From the NCBI GenBank assembly GCA_049680345.1, contig JBAUHP010000007.1, positions 1 to 41,665 on the forward strand: a stretch of 41,665 nt of DNA, read 5' to 3'. Numbering within the stretch: the first letter of the stretch is position 1; each line of letters starts with the position of its first letter. The position numbers were made by a program, and so were the translations under genes. The DNA is from Albidovulum sp. (lineage in GTDB: Bacteria > Pseudomonadota > Alphaproteobacteria > Rhodobacterales > Rhodobacteraceae). Shown here piece by piece: positions 16,981 to 28,962 of this stretch. The notes beneath the pieces were generated by a model. The model had not been told where the DNA came from and did no database searches. It saw only the letters and a list, made by a program, of their open reading frames with translations.

Positions 16981-18201
16981 TTAACGCTTGGGGCGCGAAA
17001 ACCCGGCAGCCAGTTCGACATGGGTGGACCAGCGGAATTGATCGACAACCTCCACCCAATCAAGCCTGAAACCCGCCGCGACCAGCACCTTGGCATCGCG
17101 CGCGAAGGTCACCGGATTGCACGACACATAGGCCAGCCGCTTAAGGCCGGATTGGGCGATTTCGGCCACCTGTGCCTCGGCCCCGGCGCGGGGTGGGTCA
17201 AGCACGGCGGCGTCAAACTTGGCCAGCTCATCGGGCAACAAAGGGCGGCGAAAAAGATCGCGCGCCTCGGTCGTGACGCGGTGCAGGCCGGTGGCATGAC
17301 GCCAGCCGGCATCAAGGGCGGCAAGCATCGGGGCCTCGGATTCCACTGCGTGAACCTCGGCCGCTTCAGACAGCGGCAAGGCAAAGGTGCCTGCGCCCGA
17401 GAAGAGATCAACGATGCGCTTGGCGGGGCCGCTGGCGCGGCGCACGGCGGCGACAAGGGCTGCCTCGCCCTCGGCCGTGGCTTGCAAGAAGGCGCCGGGC
17501 GGCGGGGTGACAAGGGCTGCGCCCATGCGCTGGGCGGCGGGGCGGTGTGCGGCCACGGTTTCGCCATCCCAGGTCAGGCGCGCAAGGCCAGCACCTTCGG
17601 CAAGACCAGCAAGGGCCGCGATCAAGCCAGCGTCAAGCGGTTTGCCGCCCGTGACCGCAAGATCAACGCCGCCTTCGGTGCGGGTGACATTCAGCGAAAG
17701 CTCTGCCTTGCGCGAGGTGCCAATATCGGTGATCTGGCGCAAAAGCGGCAAGCAGGCCATCAGATCGGGGTGCAGCAAGATGCAGCCGCCAAGATCAACC
17801 AGCGCGCCCGAGGCACGGCCATGAAAGCCAACGATCGCGCCTTTTTTCGTGCGCCGCCCCGAAAGCACTGCGCGCCGGCGCGAGCGTTCGGGCGAGGTGG
17901 CAATGGCGGTGATCGGCGCGTCAAGATCTTGCGCCGCAAGCGCCGCGCGGATCACGCCCGCCTTCCAATCGGCCACGAATGGGTCATGCGCATGCATCAG
18001 GCTGCAGCCGCCGCAACTGGCATAATGCACGCAAGGCGCGCGGCGGCGGTTGGGCGAGGGGGCTACGATCTTGGGCGCAGCCATCCGGCCCTCTGACACC
18101 TCACCCTCAACCACTTCGCCGGGCAACGCGCCGGGCACAAATACCGGACCTTCGGCGATGCCATCACCCAGATGGCCCAGCCGTTCGATTGTCACCTTCA
18201 T
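16981..18201 (-). CDS. RlmD/TrmA family RNA m5U methyltransferase
   Basis: TRAM-like start, CVHYASCGGC Fe-S motif, FLQA, DLFSGAGTF, LDPPRAG, YVSCNP, DQFRWSTHVE. Confidence 0.93.
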   Translation of the reverse strand: MKVTIERLGHLGDGIAEGPVFVPGALPGEVVEGEVSEGRMAAPKIVAPSPNRRRAPCVHYASCGGCSLMHAHDPFVADWKAGVIRAALAAQDLDAPITAIATSPERSRRRAVLSGRRTKKGAIVGFHGRASGALVDLGGCILLHPDLMACLPLLRQITDIGTSRKAELSLNVTRTEGGVDLAVTGGKPLDAGLIAALAGLAEGAGLARLTWDGETVAAHRPAAQRMGAALVTPPPGAFLQATAEGEAALVAAVRRASGPAKRIVDLFSGAGTFALPLSEAAEVHAVESEAPMLAALDAGWRHATGLHRVTTEARDLFRRPLLPDELAKFDAAVLDPPRAGAEAQVAEIAQSGLKRLAYVSCNPVTFARDAKVLVAAGFRLDWVEVVDQFRWSTHVELAAGFSRPKR

Positions 18202-20030
18202 TCTGCAGCCTCATCCACGCCAATAAATCCGCCCGACTGCCGATTCCAATAGCGCGCATAAAGCCCGCCTTTGGCCAAAAGGCTGGCATGATCGCCTTCT
18301 TCCACAATCCGGCCCTGATCAAGCACAACGATGCGGTCCATCTCGGCAATGGTGGACAAGCGGTGTGCGATGGCCAGCACGGTCTTGCCTTGCATGATCC
18401 GGCGCAAGGCGGTCTGGACCTGCGCTTCAACCTCGCTGTCCAAGGCACTTGTCGCCTCATCCAGCACCAAAATCGGCGCGTCTTTGAGGAAGGCGCGCGC
18501 CAAGGCGATGCGCTGACGCTGACCGCCCGAAAGCTTGACGCCGCGTTCGCCCAGATGCGCCTCATAGCCTTTGCGGCCTTTGAAATCCAAAAGATCATGC
18601 ACGAATTCATCCGCCTCGGCCTGCCGGGCGGCGGCAAGCATCTCATCCTCGGTCGCATCGGGGCGGCCATACATGATGTTGTCACGGGCAGAGCGGTTAA
18701 ACATTGCGGTTTCTTGAGTGACCATGGCGATCTGGCGGCGCAAGGATTCCTGGCTGACCGTGCGCACATCCTGGCCATCAACCAAAACCCGGCCAATCTC
18801 AGCGTCGTAAAGCCGCAACAAAAGCGCGACCAAGGTTGATTTGCCCGCCCCCGATGCGCCGACAATCCCCAGCTTTTCGCCGGGCCTGATGGTCAGGTCA
18901 ACGTGGTCAAGCCCGCCCTTGTCGCGACCATAAGCAAAGCTGACGCCTTCAAAGGTGACCGCGCCCTTGATCCGGCCCAAGGCGGTTGCACCTTGTGCAT
19001 CGGCCAGCGTATGGGGCGGGGTCAGGGTGCGCATGCCGTCCTCTACCTCACCAATCGACGAATAGATGTTCATCAGCGCGAAACTGACCCAGCCGGTCAT
19101 CTGCGCGATGCGGATCGACACGGTGCCTGCGGCGGCGATGTCGCCGGTTGTGGCGCTGCCGTGGCTCCATAAATAAAGCGCCCCCATGATCAAGATCACC
19201 GGCAAAAGCCCCGCCAGGATCATCAGCGAAAGCCGAAAACCGGCCGATACGGCGCCAAATCTGAAGGCGGTGTCGCGAAAGGCCGACATGGCCGATATCG
19301 CGGCGCGGTCCTCGTGGTCGGCATGGGCGAAGAGCTTGACGGTCTTGATATTGGTGATCGTATCGACAACCTGCCCGGTGATCATGGCGCGTGCCGCCGC
19401 CCGTTCCTTGGATCTGCCGCGAATGCGCGGCATGAAGGCCCAGATCAGCCCGAAGTAAACCGCGATCCAGACGGTCAGCGCCAGCGCGATCCAGCCGTCA
19501 ATGCTAAGCAAAAAGATCGCCGAGCCCAAAAGGGAGGCAAGCGCGAAGGCCACGGTATTGATGGTTTCGCTGGCCACATCGGTAACCGCGCGCGCGGCTT
19601 GCATCTGCTTTGTGGCGATCCGCCCGGCGAAGTCATTGTCAAAGAAGGTGACCGCATGGCCCATGGTCCAGCGGTGCAGGCGTGAAAGCACCAAGGGAAG
19701 CACATTGGGCTGTACGATCATCGCATTCGATGCCGCCGAAAGCCCAAAGGCGATGGGCCGAAGCACCACCAAAAACACCGCGAAGCCCAAAAACAGCGGC
19801 CATTGATCCGCCAGTATGGTGGCCGCATTGCCCGTGGTGGCGGCATCCACCACCAAACCCAGAAACCATGCGGTGACCACCTCCATCGTGCCGGCCAGAA
19901 CCGAAAATACCGTGGCCATGCCCAAAGGCAGCCATGACCCGGCAAGGCACCACAAAAAGAACCGCCACAATGTTTGCGGTGGCGGCCCTTCGGCAGGCTG
20001 AAACGAGTTGATCTTCCACAGTCGTTTCAT
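18198..20030 (-). CDS. ABC exporter, fused permease/ATPase
   Basis: N-terminal TM domain (FFDNDFAGRIA), GASGAGKST, LSGGQRQR, LDEATSALD, AHRLST. Confidence 0.95.
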   Translation of the reverse strand: MKRLWKINSFQPAEGPPPQTLWRFFLWCLAGSWLPLGMATVFSVLAGTMEVVTAWFLGLVVDAATTGNAATILADQWPLFLGFAVFLVVLRPIAFGLSAASNAMIVQPNVLPLVLSRLHRWTMGHAVTFFDNDFAGRIATKQMQAARAVTDVASETINTVAFALASLLGSAIFLLSIDGWIALALTVWIAVYFGLIWAFMPRIRGRSKERAAARAMITGQVVDTITNIKTVKLFAHADHEDRAAISAMSAFRDTAFRFGAVSAGFRLSLMILAGLLPVILIMGALYLWSHGSATTGDIAAAGTVSIRIAQMTGWVSFALMNIYSSIGEVEDGMRTLTPPHTLADAQGATALGRIKGAVTFEGVSFAYGRDKGGLDHVDLTIRPGEKLGIVGASGAGKSTLVALLLRLYDAEIGRVLVDGQDVRTVSQESLRRQIAMVTQETAMFNRSARDNIMYGRPDATEDEMLAAARQAEADEFVHDLLDFKGRKGYEAHLGERGVKLSGGQRQRIALARAFLKDAPILVLDEATSALDSEVEAQVQTALRRIMQGKTVLAIAHRLSTIAEMDRIVVLDQGRIVEEGDHASLLAKGGLYARYWNRQSGGFIGVDEAAE

Positions 20031-21892
20031 TGTGCCGCTTCTACCCCTTCTGTGGTGGCCGCATCCGTGCCGATGAAGCCGCCAGACTGACGTTCCCAGA
20101 AGCGCGCGTAAAGGCCATCTTTTGCCAAAAGCTCGGCATGGCTGCCGGTTTCTGCAACCTTTCCGTCGTCAAGCACCACAATCCGGTCCATCCGGGCGAT
20201 GGTGGACAGACGGTGGGCAATGGCGATTACGGTCTTGCCCTCCATCACGCCGTAAAGGGTTTCTTGAATCGCGGCTTCCACCTCGCTGTCAAGCGCACTT
20301 GTCGCCTCATCCAGCACCAGTATCGGCGCATCTTTGAGGATGACCCGCGCCAAGGTCACGCGCTGGCGCTGACCGCCCGAAAGCTTGACCCCGCGTTCGC
20401 CCACCTGGGCGTCATAGCCAGCACGCCCCTCGGGATCGCGCAGATCAAGGATGAAATCATGTGCCTCGGCGCGTTTTGCAGCCTCTATCATCTCATCCTC
20501 GGTCGCACCTGTGCGCCCGTAAAGGATGTTGTCGCGAACCGATCTGTGCAAAAGGCTGCTGTCTTGCTGAACCATGCCGATTTGCATGCGCAGGCTGTTT
20601 TGGGTGACGCGGGAAATATCTTGCCCGTCAATGCGGATCACCCCCGCCTCGGCATCATAAAACCGCAACAAAAGCTTCACCAGCGTCGTCTTGCCCGCAC
20701 CTGACCGCCCGATAAGCCCGATCTTTTCGCCCGGTGCGATGGTCAGATCAAGCCCGTCAAGCCCGCCTTGCCCCCGGCCGTAATGATGCGAAAGCCCGGA
20801 TATCTCAATCCGGCCTTCGGAAAAGCGCAAGGGTTCGGCATCCTTGCCGTCAACCAAAGCAATCGGCTGGGCGATGGTCTGCATGCCTTCCGCAATGACG
20901 CCAAGCGATTGCACCAGATGGGTCGTCGCCCACATCACCCAATAGGTCATATTGTTCAGCCGCAAGACCAGCGCCGTGGCCGACGCCACCACACCCACAC
21001 TGGCCTGCCCGTCAAACCAAAGCCGCATGGCAAGGGCCGTGACCGAAACGATCAAGAAGCCGTTCAGCAGGGTCAGCGCCACATCCATCTTGGTGACAAT
21101 CCGCATTTCATGCACGAAGGTCTGGCGCGCCCCTTCAATCGCCTCACGGGCATAGTCGATTTCTTGGTCATGATGGGCAAACATCTTGACCGAATGGATG
21201 TTGGAATAGCTGTCGACAACCCGCCCGGTGACGACCGAGCGCGCGTTTGACGAGGCGGTCGAGGCAGGCCCCGCGCGCTTGATCGTCCAGCGCAACAGCC
21301 ACAGGTAAAGCACGATCCAGACCAAAAGCGGCAGCACCAGCCTTGGGTCGGCATCCGACAACAAGACAACCGCACCAATCAGCGTGGTTACCGAAAAGGC
21401 CACCGCATCAAAGGTCTGGAACACCGCATCACCTGCCGCAGGCGGGGTTTGCATGATCCGGTTTGCGATGCGCCCGGCAAAGTCATTCTCGAACCAGCCA
21501 ACGGGTTGGCGCAGCACATGGCGGTGTGACCGCCAGCGGATCAGCGTGCCCAGATTGGGCAAGATCGTATTGTGCAACAGCGCCACGTCAATTGCCGTCA
21601 GCAAGGTGCGCAAGACCAGCACCGCGAATGCCGCCAACGCGAATTCACCCATATGCGAGGCCAGCACCGATTTAGGCGCCCCCGATCCCAACAGATCAAC
21701 CAGCCGCCCGACATACCAGATCAGGCCAACCTCAAACAAAGCCACGACGATCTTGATCAAGACCGTGACGACAAAGATCAGCCGGAAGGGCCGGGTATAA
21801 TCGCCCAAGAACGCCAAAAGGCGCTGTGGCGGCGTGTCAGATTCCTCATAAGCGCAATAAGGATCAACGAGGTTCTCAAAGAACCGGAACAT
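20027..21892 (-). CDS. ABC exporter, fused permease/ATPase (paralogue)
   Basis: WFENDFAGRIA, GRSGAGKTT, LSGGQRQR, LDEATSALD, AHRLST. Start trimmed to ATG 21892; ATGA overlap with the next gene. Confidence 0.95.
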   Translation of the reverse strand: MFRFFENLVDPYCAYEESDTPPQRLLAFLGDYTRPFRLIFVVTVLIKIVVALFEVGLIWYVGRLVDLLGSGAPKSVLASHMGEFALAAFAVLVLRTLLTAIDVALLHNTILPNLGTLIRWRSHRHVLRQPVGWFENDFAGRIANRIMQTPPAAGDAVFQTFDAVAFSVTTLIGAVVLLSDADPRLVLPLLVWIVLYLWLLRWTIKRAGPASTASSNARSVVTGRVVDSYSNIHSVKMFAHHDQEIDYAREAIEGARQTFVHEMRIVTKMDVALTLLNGFLIVSVTALAMRLWFDGQASVGVVASATALVLRLNNMTYWVMWATTHLVQSLGVIAEGMQTIAQPIALVDGKDAEPLRFSEGRIEISGLSHHYGRGQGGLDGLDLTIAPGEKIGLIGRSGAGKTTLVKLLLRFYDAEAGVIRIDGQDISRVTQNSLRMQIGMVQQDSSLLHRSVRDNILYGRTGATEDEMIEAAKRAEAHDFILDLRDPEGRAGYDAQVGERGVKLSGGQRQRVTLARVILKDAPILVLDEATSALDSEVEAAIQETLYGVMEGKTVIAIAHRLSTIARMDRIVVLDDGKVAETGSHAELLAKDGLYARFWERQSGGFIGTDAATTEGVEAAQ

Positions 21893-22163
21893 GGGGCGGC
21901 CTTTCGGATTGTGCCTGACGGATAGCCCGTAACCGGGCGGCAAGGAAATGCCAGGGATGTGAATGTGACTGGTTGAAGGGGGATCTTCCCCGTGGGGAAG
22001 GCGCCGGTACTGGCGCACGAATGCCTGTTACCGCTTTTCGCGATCAACAAGCCCGGACGATAAGCGGGAAATCCCGGTTAGCGTCGGTTCAATCTATCCT
22101 GCTTCATATCGGACCATCCGAATCAATTCACTTGGGCCATGATCGCCAGAAGTCGGGCAGGTT

Positions 22164-23306
22164 TCAACCCAACAATTTTTCGCGCGTAAGCTGAAACCCC
22201 GAGGCGATCCATTTTGCCTCAAGCGCGCGCAGCTTTTCGCCCAAGGCGGGGCCTGAAAACTGCCCGGCAAGATCGGCGGCCTGAACCGGAAAGCGGGCCT
22301 TTGCCCCCAAAGCGGCTTCGCTTTGCCAATCCGCGGGCAAGGGCTGTTCGAGCATCGCGGCGCGCAGCAACAAGATATCGCGCGCCACCTCGGGGCCATG
22401 GAGGTAGCCAAGTTCGCCCGCGCGGCTGACCGCACCAATGGCACCTTGCAAGACCGCCAGCGCCCGCGCCTCGCTGCGCGAAAGGCGCAGGGCCTGGGAA
22501 AGATCCGCACCGCCAAGGGCGGCCAACCGGCGCAGCGGATCGGGGCTTAGCCCCGCTTCCAGATGCACAAGCGGGGCGATGGCGCGGATATCTGCGCCCG
22601 GGATGATACGCGCCAAAATCCCCGCCGCTTGCATCGCGGCGAGGCTTGGGGCGGGATCCGGGGCCGCCAGAAGTTTGCGCATCTCATGCCCGATACGTTC
22701 GCGCGACAATGTCTTTATGCCGTCGGCAAGCTCAGCACAGGCGGCCAGACCGTCGGCGTCAAGGCCAAGGGCGGGGTCGCCGTAGCGGGCATGAAACCGA
22801 AAGAACCGCAAGATCCGCAGGTAATCTTCGCGAATGCGGTCTTGGGGCCCGCCCACAAACCGCACGCGGCGCGCTTGCAAATCGGGCAAACCGCCCAAAG
22901 GGTCGATGACCTGGCCCGCATGGTCGGCGTAAAGCGCGTTCATGGTGAAATCACGCCGTGCGGCATCATCCTGGATGCTGGTCGCGAAAGCCACGGTGGC
23001 GCGGCGCCCGTCGGTTTCGACATCGCGGCGGAAGGTTGTCACCTCAAACGGTTTGCTGTTTGCCACGACCGTCACGGTGCCATGTTCGATACCGGTAGGC
23101 ACCACCCGCAAACCGGCGGCCTTGGCCAGCGCAAGCACCCGTTCGGGATGCGCGTCAGTGGCAATGTCGATGTCATCGACGGGGACACCCAAAAGCCCGT
23201 TGCGCACACAGCCGCCTACCAGCAAGGCCTGATGGCCGCCTTCGCGGATCAGCCGCAACACAAGTTGCAGGTCTTGGTCAGTGATCCAGTCGGCTACTAT
23301 CCGCAT
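22164..23306 (-). CDS. cca: CCA tRNA nucleotidyltransferase
   Basis: VGGCVRN, DIDIAT, EVTTFRRD, RRDFTMNA, EDYLRILRFFRF. ATG 23306 overlaps the upstream stop. Confidence 0.93.
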   Translation of the reverse strand: MRIVADWITDQDLQLVLRLIREGGHQALLVGGCVRNGLLGVPVDDIDIATDAHPERVLALAKAAGLRVVPTGIEHGTVTVVANSKPFEVTTFRRDVETDGRRATVAFATSIQDDAARRDFTMNALYADHAGQVIDPLGGLPDLQARRVRFVGGPQDRIREDYLRILRFFRFHARYGDPALGLDADGLAACAELADGIKTLSRERIGHEMRKLLAAPDPAPSLAAMQAAGILARIIPGADIRAIAPLVHLEAGLSPDPLRRLAALGGADLSQALRLSRSEARALAVLQGAIGAVSRAGELGYLHGPEVARDILLLRAAMLEQPLPADWQSEAALGAKARFPVQAADLAGQFSGPALGEKLRALEAKWIASGFQLTREKLLG

Positions 23307-23899
23307 CAAACCATCCGGTCGGCGATTGCCCTCAAGATACGCGCAGTTGCCCCCCAGATGTAATAGGGCCCGTAAGGCACCACGTAATAATGCCGCATCT
23401 GTCCGCGCCAAAGCCGCCCCTCAACGCGAAAATTCGCAGGATCGGTCAGATGGGCAAGCGGCACCAAGAACACCTCTTCAACCTCGTCTTCCTGGCGCAT
23501 GGGGCGAAATTCAGCCGCCACCTGCGCCAAAACCGGGGTGACAAGAAAGCCGGTGACGGTTTCATGCGGCTCTGTGGTGCCCAAAACCGTAACATCGCGG
23601 CCCTTCAGGCCAATCTCTTCATCCGCCTCGCGCAAGGCGGCGGCGACCGTATCCTTATCGCCCGCATCGACCTTGCCGCCGGGAAAGGCGATCTGGCCGG
23701 GATGGTGCTTAAGATGCGAGGCGCGTTTGGTCAAAACCACACACACCCCTTCGGGGCGCAACTGAAACCCCACCAGCACCCCGGCCGGGCGCAGGTTTTG
23801 CGTCGCAGGTCGGGGGCTGCCGGGGTTGAGATCATAATCCGACGTAGGGCGCCCCGTCTGGCGCAGCGCCTTATGCACCGCGCTTAACGCATCACGCAT
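23306..23899 (-). CDS. CoA pyrophosphatase (Nudix, NudL/PCD1-like)
   Basis: LTKRASHLKHHPGQIAFPGG, ALREADEEIG, IWGATA. Confidence 0.92.
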   Translation of the reverse strand: MRDALSAVHKALRQTGRPTSDYDLNPGSPRPATQNLRPAGVLVGFQLRPEGVCVVLTKRASHLKHHPGQIAFPGGKVDAGDKDTVAAALREADEEIGLKGRDVTVLGTTEPHETVTGFLVTPVLAQVAAEFRPMRQEDEVEEVFLVPLAHLTDPANFRVEGRLWRGQMRHYYVVPYGPYYIWGATARILRAIADRMV

Positions 23900-24887
23900 C
23901 GGCGTCGCCTTGTGCCTCAAACCCAAGGGTTTCGGGGGCGAATACGTAATGCGCCCCGCAAAACTGGCAATCGGCGGTCACGGTTCCTTCTTCGGTGGTC
24001 ATTGTGGCAATGTCCTTGGCCGAATAGATCGACAGGCTTTGGCGCACCTTGTCGGGCGAACAAGAACAACCGAACTGCACCGGCTGGGCGTCAAACACCC
24101 GTGGCGCCTCTTCGTGGAACAGCCTGACCAAAAGCTCTATCGGTTGCAGCGTTGGCCCGATCAGCTCCAGCTCTTCTACGGTGTCCAACAAGGCATTGGC
24201 GCGGGTCCAGTTTTCGCCCTCGTCGCCATCAAGAATATCGGTCGCAGCCAGCAACCCACCTTCGCCGCTGCCACCATCACCCGACATCAGCGGCGAGGCT
24301 TTGGGCATATGCTGCAACATCACGCCACCGGCGCGCCAGCGTTCATCATCCCCGGCCAAGCGTGAACGGCCAAGCGCCAGCGCAAACCGCGTCGGCAATT
24401 GTTCGGACTGGGCAAAATAAGTCTCGGCGCAGGCCGAAAGTGACCCGCCCGTCAAGGGCGTGATGCCCTGATAGGGCGCGGTGCCGTCGCCCTGATCAAG
24501 CAATATCGCGAAATAGCCTTTGCCCATCTGGTCGAAGGCGGGCTGGCCCGGCGTGACGGTTTTTGCGTCATAAGAGGCCCATGCGCGGATCTGCGCGGGC
24601 GTGCCATCATCGCTGGGCGCATAGTAGTCCGTCGCGATAATCCGCACCGGCCCGTTGCCGCGAATTTGCAACGACAGCTTCCAGCGCAGCTTCAGCATCT
24701 GGCCGATCATCGCCGTCAAAAGCACGGCTTCGGCCACCAAAGCCTCAACCTCTGGCGGGTAGCTGTGTTGCGACAAGATGCGGTTCAGGGTTCCGTCAAG
24801 CCTTGCCACCCGACCGCGTATATCGGACTGGTCAAGCTGAAACGGCAAGACGGTATCGTCCCAGGCAATTTGCGGCGTTGTCGTCAT
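23892..24887 (-). CDS. hslO: Hsp33 redox-regulated chaperone
   Basis: YQGI, YFAQSEQLPT, AGGVMLQ, CSC...CQFC zinc centre. Start trimmed to ATG 24887. Confidence 0.95.
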   Translation of the reverse strand: MTTTPQIAWDDTVLPFQLDQSDIRGRVARLDGTLNRILSQHSYPPEVEALVAEAVLLTAMIGQMLKLRWKLSLQIRGNGPVRIIATDYYAPSDDGTPAQIRAWASYDAKTVTPGQPAFDQMGKGYFAILLDQGDGTAPYQGITPLTGGSLSACAETYFAQSEQLPTRFALALGRSRLAGDDERWRAGGVMLQHMPKASPLMSGDGGSGEGGLLAATDILDGDEGENWTRANALLDTVEELELIGPTLQPIELLVRLFHEEAPRVFDAQPVQFGCSCSPDKVRQSLSIYSAKDIATMTTEEGTVTADCQFCGAHYVFAPETLGFEAQGDADA

Positions 24888-24963
24888 GGGGTTTCCTTGC
24901 TTAGCGGTCCTTGGCATATCGTCTTGGCAAGGTAACAGCAACCAAGCGCGCGGGAGTATTCGG

Positions 24964-25407
24964 GTGATCAGACGGTTTGGCGAAAGAATTGTGGCGGGCC
25001 AGCGCTATCGGCCCCGGCCGGGGGCCTATGCGGTGCTGAAACTGGGCGATGAGGTGCTGCTGACCTATCAAGACGCGCCGCATTTTGAGTTTCAGTTGCC
25101 CGGCGGCGGCATTGATCCGGGCGAATCGCCGCTGCGCGCCTTGCACCGCGAGGTGCTTGAGGAAACCGGATGGTCCATTGCCGCCCCGCGCCGCATCGGG
25201 ACGTTTCGGCGGTTTGCCTATATGCCGGAATATGACAAATGGGCCGAAAAGATCGGCGCGGTCTATCTGGCGCGACCCTGCCGTCGCCTGGAGCCGCCCC
25301 GCGAAGCGGATCATACCGCCGTCTGGATGCCTGCGCGAGAAGCGATAGAGGTAATCAAAAATGACGCCGACAGGCATTTCCTGAAGCTGGCCTTCGAGAT
25401 AGCCTAG
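24964..25407 (+). CDS. Nudix hydrolase
   Basis: LPGGGIDPGESPLRALHREVLEETG Nudix box; GTG start with GGAG upstream. Confidence 0.9.
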   Translation: MIRRFGERIVAGQRYRPRPGAYAVLKLGDEVLLTYQDAPHFEFQLPGGGIDPGESPLRALHREVLEETGWSIAAPRRIGTFRRFAYMPEYDKWAEKIGAVYLARPCRRLEPPREADHTAVWMPAREAIEVIKNDADRHFLKLAFEIA

Positions 25408-25441
25408 CGGCAGGGCCCGGTTCAAATCAACAAGGCGTCGC

Positions 25442-26245
25442 ATGCAAAAGCTTCTGGTGTTTACGGATATCCACTTTCTGGCCGATGGCGGCACGATCAT
25501 CGGGTTGGACCCGGTGGCGCGGTTTCAAATGGGGCTTGCCCAAGCGCTTGCCAATCACCCCGATGCCCGGCGTATCATCATCACCGGCGATCTGACCCAT
25601 CATGGCGAGGCCGCCGAATTTGCACGGCTGCGCGCGGTTCTGGCCGATTGCCCAATGCCCGTTAGCCTGATGATCGGCAACCACGACCGCCGCGCGCCAT
25701 TTCGTGCGGCCTTCCCCGAGGTGCCGGTGACCGACGCCGGTTTTGTGCAAAGCACTATTGATACCGGCAGCTACCGTTTGATCATGCTTGATACGCTGGA
25801 TGAAGAGGCTGAGGTTGAACACAGCGGCCTTCTTTGCCCGCATCGGCTTGACTGGATGGACCGCGCGATTGCGGAGGCGGGGGACAGACGGGTGATCATC
25901 TTCACCCATCACCCGCCGATCACAACCGGCTTTGCGGGGATGGACCGGATCGGGCTGCGAAACCGGGCCGAAGTGGCGCAGCGCTTGCGCAATCATGGCA
26001 ACGTTTGCCAGATCATCGCAGGCCATGTGCACCGCACAATTTCTGGCGCGACGGCAGGTATCCCAACCGCCATTTTCAAAAGCCCCTGCCACCAGATGCC
26101 GATGGCTTTGGAAAATGATGATGAACATCTGTCCATTGACGAACCCGGCGCTTATGGCTTGCTGCTTTTGGGGGATGACGGTGTGATTGTTCACACCGAA
26201 GATTTCACCCTGCCAGCGGGTGAAGTCGCATCCTATCACCCCTAA
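25442..26245 (+). CDS. Metallophosphoesterase, CpdA/GpdQ-like phosphodiesterase
   Basis: DIH, TGDLT, GNHD, HHPP, GHVH metal-binding motifs. Confidence 0.9.
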   Translation: MQKLLVFTDIHFLADGGTIIGLDPVARFQMGLAQALANHPDARRIIITGDLTHHGEAAEFARLRAVLADCPMPVSLMIGNHDRRAPFRAAFPEVPVTDAGFVQSTIDTGSYRLIMLDTLDEEAEVEHSGLLCPHRLDWMDRAIAEAGDRRVIIFTHHPPITTGFAGMDRIGLRNRAEVAQRLRNHGNVCQIIAGHVHRTISGATAGIPTAIFKSPCHQMPMALENDDEHLSIDEPGAYGLLLLGDDGVIVHTEDFTLPAGEVASYHP

Positions 26246-27102
26246 TCGGCGCGGATGGCGGCTGAAAACTCCTCCCACCCGGCGCGGGTAACGGCTTCGT
26301 GGCCCGCGATCACCCAATAGCTCTCATGATGCGGCAAGATATCGTCGCCAAGCCGCACCAGTCGCCCGGCTGCAAGATCCGCCGCGCATAGCGGCAAAGA
26401 GCCAAGCAAAACGCCCATCCCCGCCCGTGCCGCCCCCAATGCCGACAAAAACGTGTCAAACCGCAAATCCGGCACCGGCGTTGTCGCGACGCCAAAATGT
26501 GCGGCCCAATCATTCCAGCCCGGCCGCGGCCCCGAACATGCAATGCGTGGCCATTCCGTCCAATCCCCGCCGCTTCTGGCAAGCCCGGGGGAGGCCACGG
26601 GCACAAGCTGCTCTGGATAAAGCTGCAGCTTGTAAAGATGCGGCCAGTCGCCGGACCCGTAGCGTATGCGGATGACATCATCGACGGCGGCGTCATAGCT
26701 GCCAAGCACCATGGTCTGAACAGATATCCGCCGCTTGGTGCGCGCGCGCAGGCGGGCAAGGCGGGGAAGCAACCAAAGCTCGATCACCGACTGACTTGCC
26801 GAAATGGTCAGCTGCCCCGGGCCGGCGCCAAACAGCGCCTCGGAACTGTCGCGCAGACTGTCGAGGGCAGCGCGTACATGCGGCAACCATGCCTCGCCCT
26901 CGACCGTCAAGGATATGGACCGCGCCCGGCGGTGAAAAAGCACCGTGCCCAACCGCTTCTCCAGATGGCCGATCCGCTGGCTGATGGCCGATTGGGTCAG
27001 CCCGGTTTCAGTCGCGGCGGCGGTAAAGCTGCCACAGCGCGCGGCGGCCTCAAAGGCGCGGATCCACTCAAGCGGGGGCATTTTGAAGCGGCGGGATGAC
27101 AT
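26242..27102 (-). CDS. LysR family transcriptional regulator (GcvA-like)
   Basis: PPLEWIRAFEAAARCGSFTAAA...TQSAISQRI; divergent from tmpA. Confidence 0.94.
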   Translation of the reverse strand: MSSRRFKMPPLEWIRAFEAAARCGSFTAAATETGLTQSAISQRIGHLEKRLGTVLFHRRARSISLTVEGEAWLPHVRAALDSLRDSSEALFGAGPGQLTISASQSVIELWLLPRLARLRARTKRRISVQTMVLGSYDAAVDDVIRIRYGSGDWPHLYKLQLYPEQLVPVASPGLARSGGDWTEWPRIACSGPRPGWNDWAAHFGVATTPVPDLRFDTFLSALGAARAGMGVLLGSLPLCAADLAAGRLVRLGDDILPHHESYWVIAGHEAVTRAGWEEFSAAIRAD

Positions 27103-27153
27103 TAGAAGTTCCGATGCTCAGGGCGGTAATTCCTAATTTGAAATTATGGATGA

Positions 27154-28934
<1,781 letters not shown>

Positions 28935-28962
28935 CCACGCCGGAGCGTAAACGCGGGGCAGT

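Noticed and set aside
16873..18096. 407-aa plus-strand ORF
   Set aside because: Fully antisense to the RlmD-like gene; Gly/Arg/Ala-rich with no motifs.
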